From: Eledone cirrhosa | Lineage: Eukaryota | Direction: 5' to 3' | Length of the DNA stretch: 64,000 nucleotides | Assembly (NCBI GenBank): GCA_964016885.1 | Contig: OZ024742.1 | Coordinates: 378,200,001 to 378,264,000 of the forward strand | Shown: positions 26,646-39,105 of the stretch, piece after piece | How the letters are laid out: every line of letters begins with the position of its first letter | Numbering within the stretch: the stretch's first letter is position 1 | Made by a program: the position numbers and the translations under genes | Notes under the pieces: model-generated | What the model saw: only the letters and a program-made list of their open reading frames with translations | Told to the model about the DNA's origin: nothing | Databases searched by the model: none

Positions 26646-26869
26646 CTCTATATCTCTTTCTCACTTTCTGTCTTTCACTTTCTCTGGAAGAAATTGGCTG
26701 TGTTCAAACCTAGAATGAACTCTGCTATATTTAAAATGTGCAAGAAACGCGTCCCCTCCGACTTCATCAAGAATTACGAATCCTTACATACACATTCAGA
26801 GCTATTTCTAGTTTCTTGTGTTTTGAAGTGAATTTTTCTTAGAATGATTTAGGTTCTATGATTTTCTTT

Positions 26870-27340
26870 GGACAAAATATCTGATGGGATATTGTTGTCA
26901 TCTGTGTATGTAAGGAGTGACCCCTTCGCCTCTTTGTACAACAATTCTGTTAGGGTATTGGAGTAATCCGTGTTTGTAAGGAGTCCCCTCTTCCTTTCTT
27001 TGTAGAAAATATCTGATGGGATATTAGTGTGATGTGTGTAAGCAAGAAAATCCTCGCCGCTTTGTACAAAATATATGGTAGTATATTGATGTCATCTGTT
27101 TATGTAAAGTGTCACTGCTTCGTCCAAACTATCTGCTATGGTATGGTGACATCTGCGGTTGTTAGTCACCCCTTCGCCTCATTGTACAAAATATCTGCTA
27201 TGGTGATATCTGAAGTTGTTAGTCACCCCTTCGCCTCATTGTACAAAATATCTGCTATGGTGATATCTGCAGTTGTTAGTCACCCCTTCGCCTCATTGTA
27301 CAAAATATCTGCTATGGTGACATCTGCGGTTGTTAGGAGT
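26870..27340. repeat. Minisatellite: three near-perfect 57-bp units (27161-27335) preceded by diverged ~60-bp units
   Basis: GTTAGTCACCCCTTCGCCTCATTGTACAAAATATCTGCTATGGTGATATCTG starts at 27161, 27218 and 27275. Confidence 0.85.
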
Positions 27341-28411
27341 CAACTCTACGGTAATTTATTCCGCATCTCATATCATTCATTCTCAAAATGTTCCTCATCG
27401 TTAGGATTAATGTTTTAGTCAGTATTCAAGTCATAAGTACTCTTCTGCCTTTAAAGGGATACATACAATTTCAGAGCTTTCTTCTTTTATACATTTGTCG
27501 CTTTTTAAAGACTATAGAGTTTGAAAGTTTGATTGTTATTGCTAACAAGTGAAATGACAGTATAGAGATTCACTCGTTAGTTAATGAAAGATTTACTTTG
27601 TTTCTTCCCTGTGACATTCACCAACACAGTTTATGTTATGTCATTACAGCTCACGGCTGTTTTATAATCGATTCAAGTCAATGCTATAATGTCATATATT
27701 GCTTTCTCTAATCGTATATCTCTTTCTAAGCTTATATATACTGTTTTCTACAATAAGGTTACATATTAGCAATCGAACCTAACATATTATATCCTTTCTA
27801 TATAATCACTTCTGCTCAGGTGGTTATTTACATCTATTTCAACACTTTTCTATATATTATCTACTCTAACTTCTATTAATACTATTAATGTTGTTGGTGA
27901 CGATTTTTGTTTCAGTTTATTGTGTATGAGAGTGTAAAAAGCTAGGTAGGCAATTAAATTACTAATATTTGCTATTAGCTCCAGGAATGCAGTGAAAAAT
28001 ACAAGGAATTAAGTAGAGTATTTAATAGTTTGAACAGAAAATTAATACATATGAGAATAGCAGAGTCCCTAAAAGTTGCTATGAAACAAGAAAGATCCGT
28101 CAAGAAAATAAATGAAAAATATTATCAATGAATAAGATATCAAATTATTATGTTGGTAGCAGGTGTCAATGTGGAGTTTGGAAAGCTGTTTCAATTGAAA
28201 TAGCTATCCTCTATAATTATTTGATTATTACATACGACGTTGTCAATTCTTTCCAAAGAAATGACATCATATATCCACCATTACACCTTTCGTTATTTAT
28301 TTATTTATTTTATTTTGTTGTTTGTTTATTTATTTATTTGTTTGTTTATTTATTTGTTTATTAGTTTATTTATTTATTTACTTCTGCTGTTGTTTATTTC
28401 TCTATAACGGT

Positions 28412-28905
28412 TTCTAATTTTAGCACAAGGCCAGCAAGTCTTTGTTTGTGTGTGTGTGTGGGGGGGGGGATCGATTAAATTGACCCTATTCCTGCGAAGG
28501 CGCATGGCTTAGTGGTTAGAGGATTGGGTTTGCAATCGAAAGGTTGTGAGTTCAATTCTAGGACCGGGTGATGTGTTGTTTCCTTGAGCAAGACACTTTA
28601 TTTCCCGTTGCTCCAGTTTACTCAGCTGTAGAAATGAGATGATAGGACTGGGGTCCCTATCATTAAATCACCCAAGACACCTCCAACGAGATATACCTTG
28701 GAGGAGGCCAGCTAAACATGCATAGGTGTGAGCTGTAACAACAGCAAACAACAACAACATTCCTGGATTACTCATTTATTTTATCGATTCCAGAAGGATA
28801 AAGGCAAAGTTGATCTCAGCAGGATTTAAACACAGAACATAAAGAGCTGGAAGAAATATCACAAAGAAATTCGTCCGGCACCCTAATAATTCTGCCATTC
28901 CCTCA
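28412..28905 (-). mobile_element. Main-family SINE interrupted by a second SINE
   Basis: Tail TTCTAATTTTAGCACAAGGCCAGCAA at 28412; body TTTTATCGATTCC..AAGGATAAAGGCAAAGTTGA at ~28780; head ...TTCTGCCA at ~28895. Confidence 0.75.
28495..28758 (+). mobile_element. tRNA-derived CORE-like SINE with a (CAA)n tail
   Basis: A box TGGCTTAGTGG, B box GAGTTCAATTC, CORE-like CCTTGAGCAAGACACTT, (CAA)n tail, TSD ATTCCTG (28488-28494 and 28759-28765). Confidence 0.85.
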
Positions 28906-29078
28906 CCCTAACGTGTTTCATCATATATCAATCCCTTATCCTCTCTATAGAGCTCTGGAAAATCTAGCAATTCCAGAGGGATCATATTAAGAGTATTAAT
29001 ATCACTGGTGTCGATTCAATGACGACAACCCCCTCCCTTTTAAACACTACTATTGTGTCTAGACATAGAAAATTAATG

Positions 29079-29390
29079 TACGATGGACGGATCAAAAGTT
29101 CATAGGCTGACCAAAATACTCTCATGGAATGACCAAATGTGGTTTATTTTCAACGAAACAAAGAGTTATTAATGAAAAGAATTGAAATTAAGGCATGGAA
29201 GATTTCACAGCTCTAGCATTACTCCTTCATAAGCTGACCAAGATTCACTCATTGAATAACCAAATGAGTTTTTTTTTACAACATAGTCCCTGGAAAGAAA
29301 CAATGAGTTATTAATAAGAAGAGTTGAAATTAATAATGCAATATTTCACAGCCCTAGCATTACTCCTTCATAGTCAGCCTATGAACCTTT
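29079..29390. mobile_element. Mariner-like MITE remnant
   Basis: TACGATGG..TCAAAAGTTCATAGGCTGAC at the left end; inverted GTCAGCCTATGAAC at the right end. Related right ends occur at 32050-32098 and 37742-37780. Confidence 0.65.
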
Positions 29391-29417
29391 ATATATATAT
29401 ATATGTGCGTGTGTGTA

Positions 29418-29462
<45 letters not shown>

Positions 29463-29465
<3 letters not shown>

Positions 29466-29752
29466 GGGCGAAGGGTCCATGCAGGCAACGCATGCAGTAC
29501 ATGCGTTATAGAATCTTGAGTTGATCCATTGCGTCGGTTTAAGCAAGCAGAATTTTGGGTGATTACTAAAACGTATAGACACAAAAAGATAACACACACA
29601 CAGACATACACACACACTAGATAACACGACATGCGGCTTTGACCGGGAAGGTCATTTAGAGGGAATGGGGTGGGGGTAAGGCTGCACAGCCCCACTTTCC
29701 GCCATCGCGATTGGACTGCATGCCCTGCTTTCCAGGTTATCCTTCGCCACTG
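29463..29752. mobile_element. 290-bp hAT-like MITE inserted in (TA)n
   Basis: TIRs CAGGGGCGAAGG and CCTTCGCCACTG, with imperfect extension to GCATGCAGT; ATATATAT on both sides. Confidence 0.75.
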
Positions 29753-29784
<32 letters not shown>

Positions 29785-29918
29785 GTAGATAAATCTACCA
29801 AAAGTTAACGGTAGTGTCCAATCCGTATGAAGAACTCAATGTAATCCGGATATCATGAAAAGAGAAGATGCATTCAAAAACTACTTTCGGTGAAAAATAA
29901 ACGGAAAACAGAGTCAAG

Positions 29919-31700
29919 ATAAATTAATAAAATAATGAATAAACAAAGAAACAGTTCCTTATATTTAAAAAAATTCATCATTTTACGATCGTTTCTAGGA
30001 TATATATGTGTGTTAGAGTTGGTATGCATATTCTATAGATCTATGTACAATATTTATACAAACTATCAGAGGGAATATACATACCTATACATATATATGC
30101 TGTCTTCAGAAATAATGATATTTGTTTATTGATAAAGACAAAGATTCAATACAATAGGTCTGTTTGGGAACAGGTTTTGAATTGACCAATCAGGAGATAG
30201 TGAGGGTCAAGATAGTAATATAGTAGTAGAAGACCCTTAAATTATGGGTAGAGGAAGGTAGATTTCAGTTTTGGATGGAAAAGACTATTATGAATGAAGG
30301 ATTATTTTAGGAAAGAAATAGGTCATATGCTGACCTCAGAAATAATTTTATTTGTTCATTGAATAAAACCAACAAAGATCTAATATATTCTGTCTGTTTG
30401 GTAAGAGGTTTAGAATTAACCAATAGAAAGTTAATAATTGGCCAAATGGTAAAATAGTAGTAATTGAAGCTTATTTTAGGGGTGAAACTAGGTCAGGTGG
30501 TCAGTAGAAGGTATACAAGCAGTTGCTGTTATAAAATAGTAATGCCAATACAAATATCTATGGTGACAAAAGTTTTAAGATAAGAATGTTAGTGAAAAAA
30601 ATACATCTATGAAAAGAATATAAAATTAATTTAATTGAAGGGTATATTTATATTGATAAAATTATACTAATACATATAGATATGATAAATAAGAGTTAGA
30701 TGCAGTTGAAAAGTGAAGCTAAAGATGAGGGTAGATTAAAAGAATATAAAAATAATATATATATATATATATATATATACACTTATATATATACATATAT
30801 ACATACACATACACACACACACATATATACACATATATATACACACATATATACACTTATATATACATATATATATACATATATATATATGTACATATAT
30901 ATATACACACACACATACAGGACTCTATTTAGTTTCACCCCTAAAGTAAGCTTCAATTACTACTATTTTACCATTTGGCCAATTATTAACTTTCTATTGG
31001 TTAATTCTAAACCTCTTACCAAACAGACAGAATATATTAGATCTTTGTTGGTTTTATTCAATGAACAAATAAAATTATTTCTGAGGTCAGCATATGACCT
31101 ATTTCTTCCCTAAAATAATCCTTCATTCATAATAGTCTTTTCCATCCAAAACTGAAATCTACCTTCCTCTACCCATAATTTAAGGGTCTTCTACTACTAT
31201 ATTACTATCTTGACCCTCACTATCTCCTGATGGGTCAATTCAAAACCTGTTCCCAAACAGACCTATTGTATTGAATCTTTGTCTTTATCAATAAACAAAT
31301 ATCTTTATTTCTGAAGGGCAGTGGATTGGCAGTATCAGTAGAGGGTCGGACGCCATGCTTTCTAGCATAGAGTTACGTCCCTTTACGGACTGAGTTCAAA
31401 TCCCTCCAAGGTTAACTTTGCCTTTCATCCTTACGGGGTCGATAAAATAAAGTACCAGAAATGTACTGGGTAATTGCTGGCCTTGTGCCAAAATTAGAAA
31501 TAATTATTTCTGAAGACAGCATATATATGTGTAGGTATGTATATTCCCTCTGATAGTTTGTATAAATATTGTACATAGATCTATAGAATATGCATACCAA
31601 CTCTAACACACATATATATCCTAGAAACGATCGTAAAATGATGAATTTTTTTAAATATAAGGAACTTTTTCTTTGTTTATTCATTATTTTATTAATTTAT
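29919..31700. repeat. Long inverted repeat: arm 29919-30490 versus arm 30930-31700 (the latter with a SINE insertion)
   Basis: Near-identical reverse complements; the same peptide appears in ORFs 29935(+) and 31684(-). Confidence 0.92.
31317..31502 (+). mobile_element. Full-length 186-bp tRNA-derived SINE with a Nin/Deu-like central domain
   Basis: TSD (A)TTATTTCTGAAG on both sides; the empty site is preserved in the other inverted arm (~30105-30118); A and B boxes are present. Confidence 0.92.
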
Positions 31701-31769
31701 ATATATATATATATATATATATAGTTTTGCGAGGTTTTTGATATGAAATCTTGTGTCGAAACAAATATG

Positions 31770-31888
31770 GTTATACTTGGGGAGGGTCAAATTTGTGTAA
31801 TGTTGACAGAATTAATAACAGAACAGTGAGTGTGTTCTGTTATTGATTCTGGCAATATTACACAAATATGACCCTCCCCAAGTATAAC
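31770..31888. repeat. Foldback hairpin (56-bp arms)
   Basis: GTTATACTTGGGGAGGGTC...AGAACA gtgagtg TGTTCT...GACCCTCCCCAAGTATAAC. The unfolded version lies at 32560-32628. Confidence 0.9.
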
Positions 31889-31908
31889 AATATATATATA
31901 TATACATA

Positions 31909-31950
<42 letters not shown>

Positions 31951-32380
31951 TGTATATATATATATGTATATATGTAAATATAAATATATATGTATATATA
32001 TAAATATACATATATATGTATATATATAAATATAAATATATATGTATATATTTCACAGCCCTAGCATTACTCCTTCATAGTCAGCCTATGAACCTTTATA
32101 TATATATATATATATATATGTGCGTGTGTGTATGAATATATATATATAAAATAAAATAAATAAATAAATAAATAAATACATACACAAGCACAATAACAAC
32201 AAGCACATAAACACACACTAGTCACCCAACACACAGCAAACAAAACACTATACGCACACACAAACGCATGCGCAAAGAAGACAAAATAAAATAAACAAAC
32301 AAGCAAATAAATAAATAAATATATAGACAGACTGAATAAAAATGGCGTAGACATACAATACAACAGGAGGAAACGATAGC

Positions 32381-32422
32381 ACCACTGACGATGTTGCAGA
32401 TGTGCAGCGAAAGATTTATGAT
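32381..32422 (+). ncRNA. Minimal hammerhead ribozyme, slightly degenerate
   Basis: ACCA-CTGACGA-T-GTTGC(AGATGT)GCAGC-GAAA-GATTTA-TGAT, inside the TA-flanked element ~32150-32629. Confidence 0.6.
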
Positions 32423-32791
32423 AAACTATATATATGTGTTTGTGTCTATATTGTATCTGTATTATTTTTGACCGTCGGTCAGTCAATGGCAACATTGAGG
32501 ACCGAGTAAGTTATATTACCGATATAAAAGACACAGAAGCGAGAAGCGAAAACCAACCAAACAGTGAGTGTGTTCAGTTATTAATTCTGGCAATATTACA
32601 CAAATATGACCCTCCCCAAGTATAACAATATATGTATATATATAAACATAAATATATATGTATATATAAATATAAATATATATGTATATATATAAATATA
32701 AATATATATGTATAGATATAAATATAAATATATATGTATATACATATATGTATATATATATATGTATATATACATATATGTATATATATAT

Positions 32792-33090
<299 letters not shown>

Positions 33091-33148
33091 TATATATATA
33101 TTAATGAAAAAGAACAAAGGAACTATTATGACATTATAACAAGTTTAT

Positions 33149-33195
33149 TGCCGACAGCCGTTTCGTCCGACCATATGGTGGGACTTTTCAAGGCA
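33149..33195 (-). ncRNA. Type I hammerhead ribozyme with U3:A8 core variant
   Basis: Minus strand TGCC-TTGAAAA-GTCC.ACCATATGGT.GGAC-GAAAC-GGCT-GTC-GGCA: stems I and II intact, GUC cleavage triplet. Confidence 0.8.
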
Positions 33196-34457
33196 TATAA
33201 CATGTGATTGTAAGTTCATTATTTACATCAACGTTTCACTCAAGATTAGCAGTTTGAAATTGTGGTATACATCAGCAGCTCCGCTTATATATTTGGGGTC
33301 TATATTCTAAGGGGGCTCTTTTATATTAGTTGTCGGAGTTGTAAAAGGGATGGGTTATGGGGAGTTAAGAGAATTTGAAAAGGGCCTAAGAGTCAGGGAT
33401 TGAAGGTTAAAAATTAGATAATTTATAATTTACGCATTAAAAGTAAAGGACTTGGGACCTCGTAGAAGCACCTTAAAAAATCCCTCAATAAGTGCATAAA
33501 ACTTATAAGCCCCAATAAACCTAACAAACTAGAAGAGATTAAGAGACTAAAAAATAAAAAAAAATAAAAAAAAATAAAAAAAAATAAAAAAAAATAAAAA
33601 AAAATAAAAAATAAAAATAAAAATATAAAGTTTCCTAAAAAAATAAAAAGTTTCCTAACAAATTCCTTCGAGAGAAAAATTTTTTTTTCGAAAGAAAAAA
33701 AATTTTCTTCCCCAGAGATCACGTTAAAAAATTTCAGAAAATTTACGAAGTTTTGATAATCCCTACTAAGTTGAAAGAAACTAATCAATTAAAGGTTAAT
33801 TCAAAAAGCCTTCAAAAAATCCCTCAGAAAAGGCCCCTTTAATATTTTTAATAAGAACCTCTCCCGAGAGACCCTTCGAAGAATTAAAATTTTAGAGAGC
33901 CTTTAAGGATATATATAAACGAATTGAGGAAAATTATAAATTAAAAGTTAAAAATTACGGGATTTGGGATATTCGAGGAATTTTCAAAGGACTGCTTCAA
34001 CAGATACAACTTAGGTATAATAGATAAAATAATTTAAGTAATTTAAGTAATTTAATTAGGGAGCAATTCAAAGAGCTTATCAAGTTGGGCAAGATTAAAG
34101 AAAATGATAAGTAAGAAAATACATAAGGAAAAAGACTAATTATAAAATGTATTTTTAAGAAGGTATAAGGCAGCTTCAGTAATCTAATAATCTACTATCA
34201 CAAAATTATTATAAAATTATTAATACAGGATTAACAAAGACATAATAATATATTTCTGCCTAATTAACAAATAATCAATAAACAATTAACAGTCAAGCAA
34301 AATTAGCTCAGGGATAACCCGCGCTCGGATACTTTACACACATACAGCAACACATAGGATTAACAAAGACATAATGGTATATTCCTGCCTAATTAACAAA
34401 CATTTGGTAGGTCAGGCGTGATCATCGCGATTCACATACGACCTACCATACATCTTG

Positions 34458-34688
<231 letters not shown>

Positions 34689-34817
34689 GTGAGTTTTTTT
34701 TTACAAAATGAAAAATAACCGAGGTGTCCAACACGAGTGAAAGTATAAAGAAAAAAAGATGAAATCGAAAATGCAACTGGAATCTTATTTTTAAAAATAT
34801 ATATATTTATTTGGTTC

Positions 34818-34853
34818 CTTTACCGGTTTCGCAGTTCTTCTGCTTTTCAAAAG
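34818..34853 (-). ncRNA. Minimal hammerhead ribozyme with U3:A8 core variant
   Basis: Minus strand CTT-TTGAAAA-GCAG(AAGAA)CTGC-GAAAC-CG-GTA-AAG; palindromic stem III ACCGGT. Confidence 0.75.
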
Positions 34854-35946
34854 TAGAGTTGAGATGGAGGGTCTGTGGTTTTTTTCTCACATCGGGTTGG
34901 TCTTTGAATGTTACTTGTTTTATATGGAAAAAAAGTGGCTCGAAACGCCAGGTTTTTCGAGAAGTAATTTGATTGGTTGGTCAATAAGTATAATACATTT
35001 CGCGCCAGTTCGCGTTACAAAGTTCTTCAAACGGGGGGGGGGGGGGGGCTCAGGTTGCTTTTTTCATATATGAGTGCTATGAGTGTTTGAATTTCTTTTT
35101 ACTTAAAAAAAAGGGGGCTCACGAAGGCTTTTTTTTATAAACGTAATTTGATTGGTTATAAATGAAATTATGGCTGTCACGTGAACAAGTTCATTAAATT
35201 TCGCGCCCGTATTTGGGATGGGATAATTGTTCTGGTTCAGTGAATATAGCAGGTTGTTTTTTCCTATATGAGTGAAGTTTGGTTGGTTGATGTAGTCACG
35301 TGTATAAGTATATCAGCTTTCGCGTAAGTTTGTTTGAATTTCTTTTTACTTTAAAAAAAGTGTCTCACGAAGGCTTTTTTTAAATAAATATAATTTGATT
35401 GGTTATAAATGAAATTATGACTATCACGTGAACAAGTTCATTAAATTTCGCGCCCGTATTTGGAAATTTATTTTGTAGCCTTTTTAGAGAATTTTATGAC
35501 AATCAAAAGATAATGGTCAAGAGAAATGGGATGGGAGAATTGTTATGGTTCAGTGAATATGGTTAGTTCGCTGGGGTGTCAGAGTTCAGATTTTCTATTG
35601 AAATAAAGAAAGTAAGGATATGTATGTTTATTTGTGTGCTTGTGTGTGTGTGTGTGTGTGTGTGTGTATAGGAAGATGATTCTATTAGTAGAAATGGTGG
35701 AGGGAGTTGTGTGTGTGTATATGGGTATTATGTATGTGTGTGTGTGTGGGAGTATGTTAAGATGGAGAGAATATATATATTTTGTGTGTGTGTATATGTG
35801 TGTAGGAAAGTGATTCTATTAGTAGAAATGGGGGAGGGAGTTTTGTGTGTGTCGGGGGCGGGGGAGGTTATGTGTGTGTATGGGTGTTATGTGTGTGTGG
35901 GAGTATGGTTAGCATGTTAAGATGAAGAGAATATATATATATATAT

Positions 35947-36111
<165 letters not shown>

Positions 36112-36310
36112 GAAAATGATTCCGTTAGTAGGAATATTTTTGAATGAACATATTTTCCTTACTTATTCGTATTTGTTCTGTTGTATTGTCAGCGCAAACG
36201 TATGTTAAGGTTTATTTAGTTCGGGTTATTTTCTAAAGTAGAAGGTGTTATGTGTGTGTGTATGTGTCTGTTTGGATGGTTAGCATGTTATGGTGTTGAC
36301 ATAATATATA

Positions 36311-36833
36311 TTAAACCATATTTAATGGTGGTCTATGTTTTTGAATAAACATATATTCCTTATTTATTCGTGTTTGTTCTGTTGTATTGTTAGCGCAAAG
36401 GTAAAATGGGAAGACTTGGAATTTGGGTGTCTTATTACTTGCGCATATATCTAGATGTGCACTTAATGGTATCTGTCTCGTGGTTGGATCTCGTAATTGT
36501 TGGCGATGAACTGTCATTCTGTTTCTGAGTGTGAGTTTAGTTTGTCCTATATAATCTTTATTGCATCCTTTACATTTAATGGCATAAAGTAGATTTTTTG
36601 ATGAGCAAGTGAAGTTTTTTTTTACAGCAAAATTTTGTCCTGATTTAAATGTATACGTGTTGCCTTCAATGAGGTGAGTGCAGGTTCCATAATTAGCGCG
36701 ACCACATTTTTTGACAGTTGGTTGTGGGTTTGTGGTAGGTAATTTGGCATTGGTGAGTAATGTTTTCAGTGATTTCGGTTGTCTTTTGCTTTTGATTATT
36801 TTGTGTGTTTCAAGGGCTTTTTTCATTCTTGGG

Positions 36834-36836
<3 letters not shown>
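36311..36836 (-). pseudogene. 5'-truncated PLE GIY-YIG endonuclease domain
   Basis: KRQPKSLK..LT, FTCSSKNLLYAIKCKGCNKDYIGQT, RNRMTVHRQQ and KEYMFIQKHRPPLN*. The N-terminal part of the listed ORF is (TA)n read-through. Confidence 0.88.
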
Positions 36837-36870
<34 letters not shown>

Positions 36871-36877
<7 letters not shown>

Positions 36878-37685
36878 GAAAGGTATAGAAAGTATTGTAG
36901 CAAGAAGCCAACAGTATTCCATAATATATAAGTGACTATAGCGTCAAAATGGGAAAATAGTTAACGTAAGATGTGGGAAAAATAATTCAAGCTCAATTCA
37001 AAAATAATCAGGATATAGATTTATCCAACAGAATTTAGTGAAATCCACCGAAAAATCAGTAGAGCCTTAACTCATGATAAAATAAAGTTTAAAATACTCA
37101 TCCTTCAATTTGGAACAACTACAAATGCTCTGTATAGTCTTGAAAAGACTATTTCACGAAAACTTTCAGTGGAGATGGTCACTGTTGGAATTCGATCCTC
37201 AGCAGAGCTCAACACGATAGCCAAATTCTCACTGATTAATATGCCAAAAAGGGAATTTAAAAGCAGGCTAGTTTAACATCTTGCGTGATTATGAAAATAA
37301 AACGCACATGTGGAAAAACAGGGCTGGTGACGTCAGAATGAGACGAATGTTTGTTTACATGAAACAAGAGACAACAACATTCCGAAATAAAACTCTACAA
37401 TAAGGAGTTCAGCAAAAAGCAATATTATCGCGTTTTTTTTTTTTAAATACCGGGATTAGTCACAAATAATTTAAGCACTCTAGGAAAGAAATCCGAGTAT
37501 AAATATATAAATGAAAGGTATAGAAAGTATTGTAGCAAGAAGCCAACAGTATTCCATAATATATAAGTGACTATAGCGTCAAAATGGGAAAATAGTTAAT
37601 GTGAGAGGTGGGAAAAATAATTCAAACTCAATTCAAAAAGAATCAGGATATAGATTTATCCAACAGAATTTAGTGAAATCCAGGG

Positions 37686-37690
<5 letters not shown>
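36871..37690 (-). mobile_element. Non-coding partial-tandem (about 1.3 x 635 bp) hammerhead-containing element, retrozyme-like
   Basis: Direct repeats 36871-37047 and 37506-37682 (period 635), with a hammerhead between them and (TA)n flanks. Confidence 0.7.
37127..37208 (-). ncRNA. Full-size type I hammerhead ribozyme
   Basis: Minus strand GCTCTG-CTGAGGA-T-CGAA..CAGTG..CACTG..TTCG-T-GAA-ATAGTC(TTTTCAA)GACTAT-A-CAGAGC: 6-bp stem I, 6-bp stem III, AUA cleavage site. Confidence 0.8.
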
Positions 37691-37746
<56 letters not shown>

Positions 37747-37962
37747 GTGAGCCTATGAACCTTTAAGCCAACTCTCGTATATCTATTAAAAATATATAAA
37801 AGTTCATAATGAAGTAAAAACTACAGAATATGTTGTAATGGGGGAGAAACCATTAAACCACCATTGTCTGTGGTCAGTTTTAGTCAAAACAGAATGTACC
37901 CACAGACATGATAGAGTTAAGATTTACATACACTGGAAGTTATGCCAACAGTAGGAAATATT

Positions 37963-38095
37963 GGTTTCTGATTTAGGCACAAGGTCAACAATTTTGGGGA
38001 AAGGGTAAGTTGATTAAAACAACCCCAGTGCATTACTGGTATCTTATTTTATCGACCCCGTAAGGATGAAAGGCAAAGCTAACCTAGATGGATTT
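37963..38095 (-). mobile_element. SINE 3' part
   Basis: TTTATCGACCCCGTAAGGATGAAAGGCAAAG matches the SINE body. Confidence 0.8.
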
Positions 38096-38109
38096 TACTA
38101 GTAGGAAAT

Positions 38110-38530
38110 AGCAGAAAAAGGGTGTCAGAAAATGACAAAGCAATCTTACAGATGACACAGATCAAAGCCTAATGACCAGATATTGCAAAGACTACTAAGA
38201 AAATAAATGCCTTCTAATTGATGTATCAGTCCCCACAGACGACAATATTTCTACCAAGAAAATGGAGAAATTATCGAAATGTAAAGATCTAGAGATAGAA
38301 ATAAACCAGATGTGGATGTTGAAGACAGAAACTATAGATATAATAATGGGTGCTATAGGAACGATAAAACAACAGAGTGAGAGACAGACACACAACTAAA
38401 ACTGCAGAACTTATATACAACACTGAAAATATCACTACTAAGACCTTATATCTGTTAATACAATAGAAAGAACACCGAAAACGATATTGCACAAGGAGCA
38501 GGGAGCTGTTTGGCAATGTAGTGATTGATG
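38110..38530 (+). mobile_element. R4/Dong-like non-LTR retrotransposon 3' remnant (restriction-like endonuclease)
   Basis: Degenerate PDI...KCLLIDVSVPTDDNISTKKMEKLSKCKDLEIEINQMWMLKTETIDIIMGAIG, followed by a triplet microsatellite. Confidence 0.75.
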
Positions 38531-38533
38531 ATG

Positions 38534-38534
38534 A

Positions 38535-38627
<93 letters not shown>

Positions 38628-38643
38628 AGTAGTAGTAGTAGTG

Positions 38644-38683
<40 letters not shown>

Positions 38684-38750
38684 AGTGGTAGTGGTAGTAG
38701 TAGTGACGGTAGTAGTAGTAGTGGTAGTAGTGGTGGTAGTGATAGTAGTG

Positions 38751-38800
<50 letters not shown>

Positions 38801-38862
38801 AGTAGTAGTAGTGGTAGTAGTAGTAGTGGTAGTAGCAGTAGTAGCAGCAGCAGTAGCAGTAA

Positions 38863-38916
<54 letters not shown>

Positions 38917-38938
38917 TAGTAGTAGTGGTAGTAGTAGC

Positions 38939-38984
<46 letters not shown>

Positions 38985-38985
38985 A

Positions 38986-39029
<44 letters not shown>

Positions 39030-39050
39030 ATGGTAGTAGTAGTTGGAGTG

Positions 39051-39099
<49 letters not shown>

Positions 39100-39105
39100 T
39101 AGTAG
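38534..39105. repeat. (TAG)n microsatellite with TGG/CAG interruptions
   Basis: Read directly from the sequence. Confidence 0.97.

Noticed and set aside
31317-31410. tRNA gene
   Set aside because: The A/B boxes belong to a SINE with a body, tail and TSD; no complete cloverleaf.
31548-31640. GAAACGATCGTA hammerhead-like half in the inverted repeat
   Set aside because: No CUGANGA or UUGANAA core with a matching stem I upstream.
33423-33788. Hydrophobic Phe-rich ORF resembling a membrane or mitochondrial protein
   Set aside because: It derives from (TAAAAAAAAA)n low-complexity sequence and has no recognisable motif.
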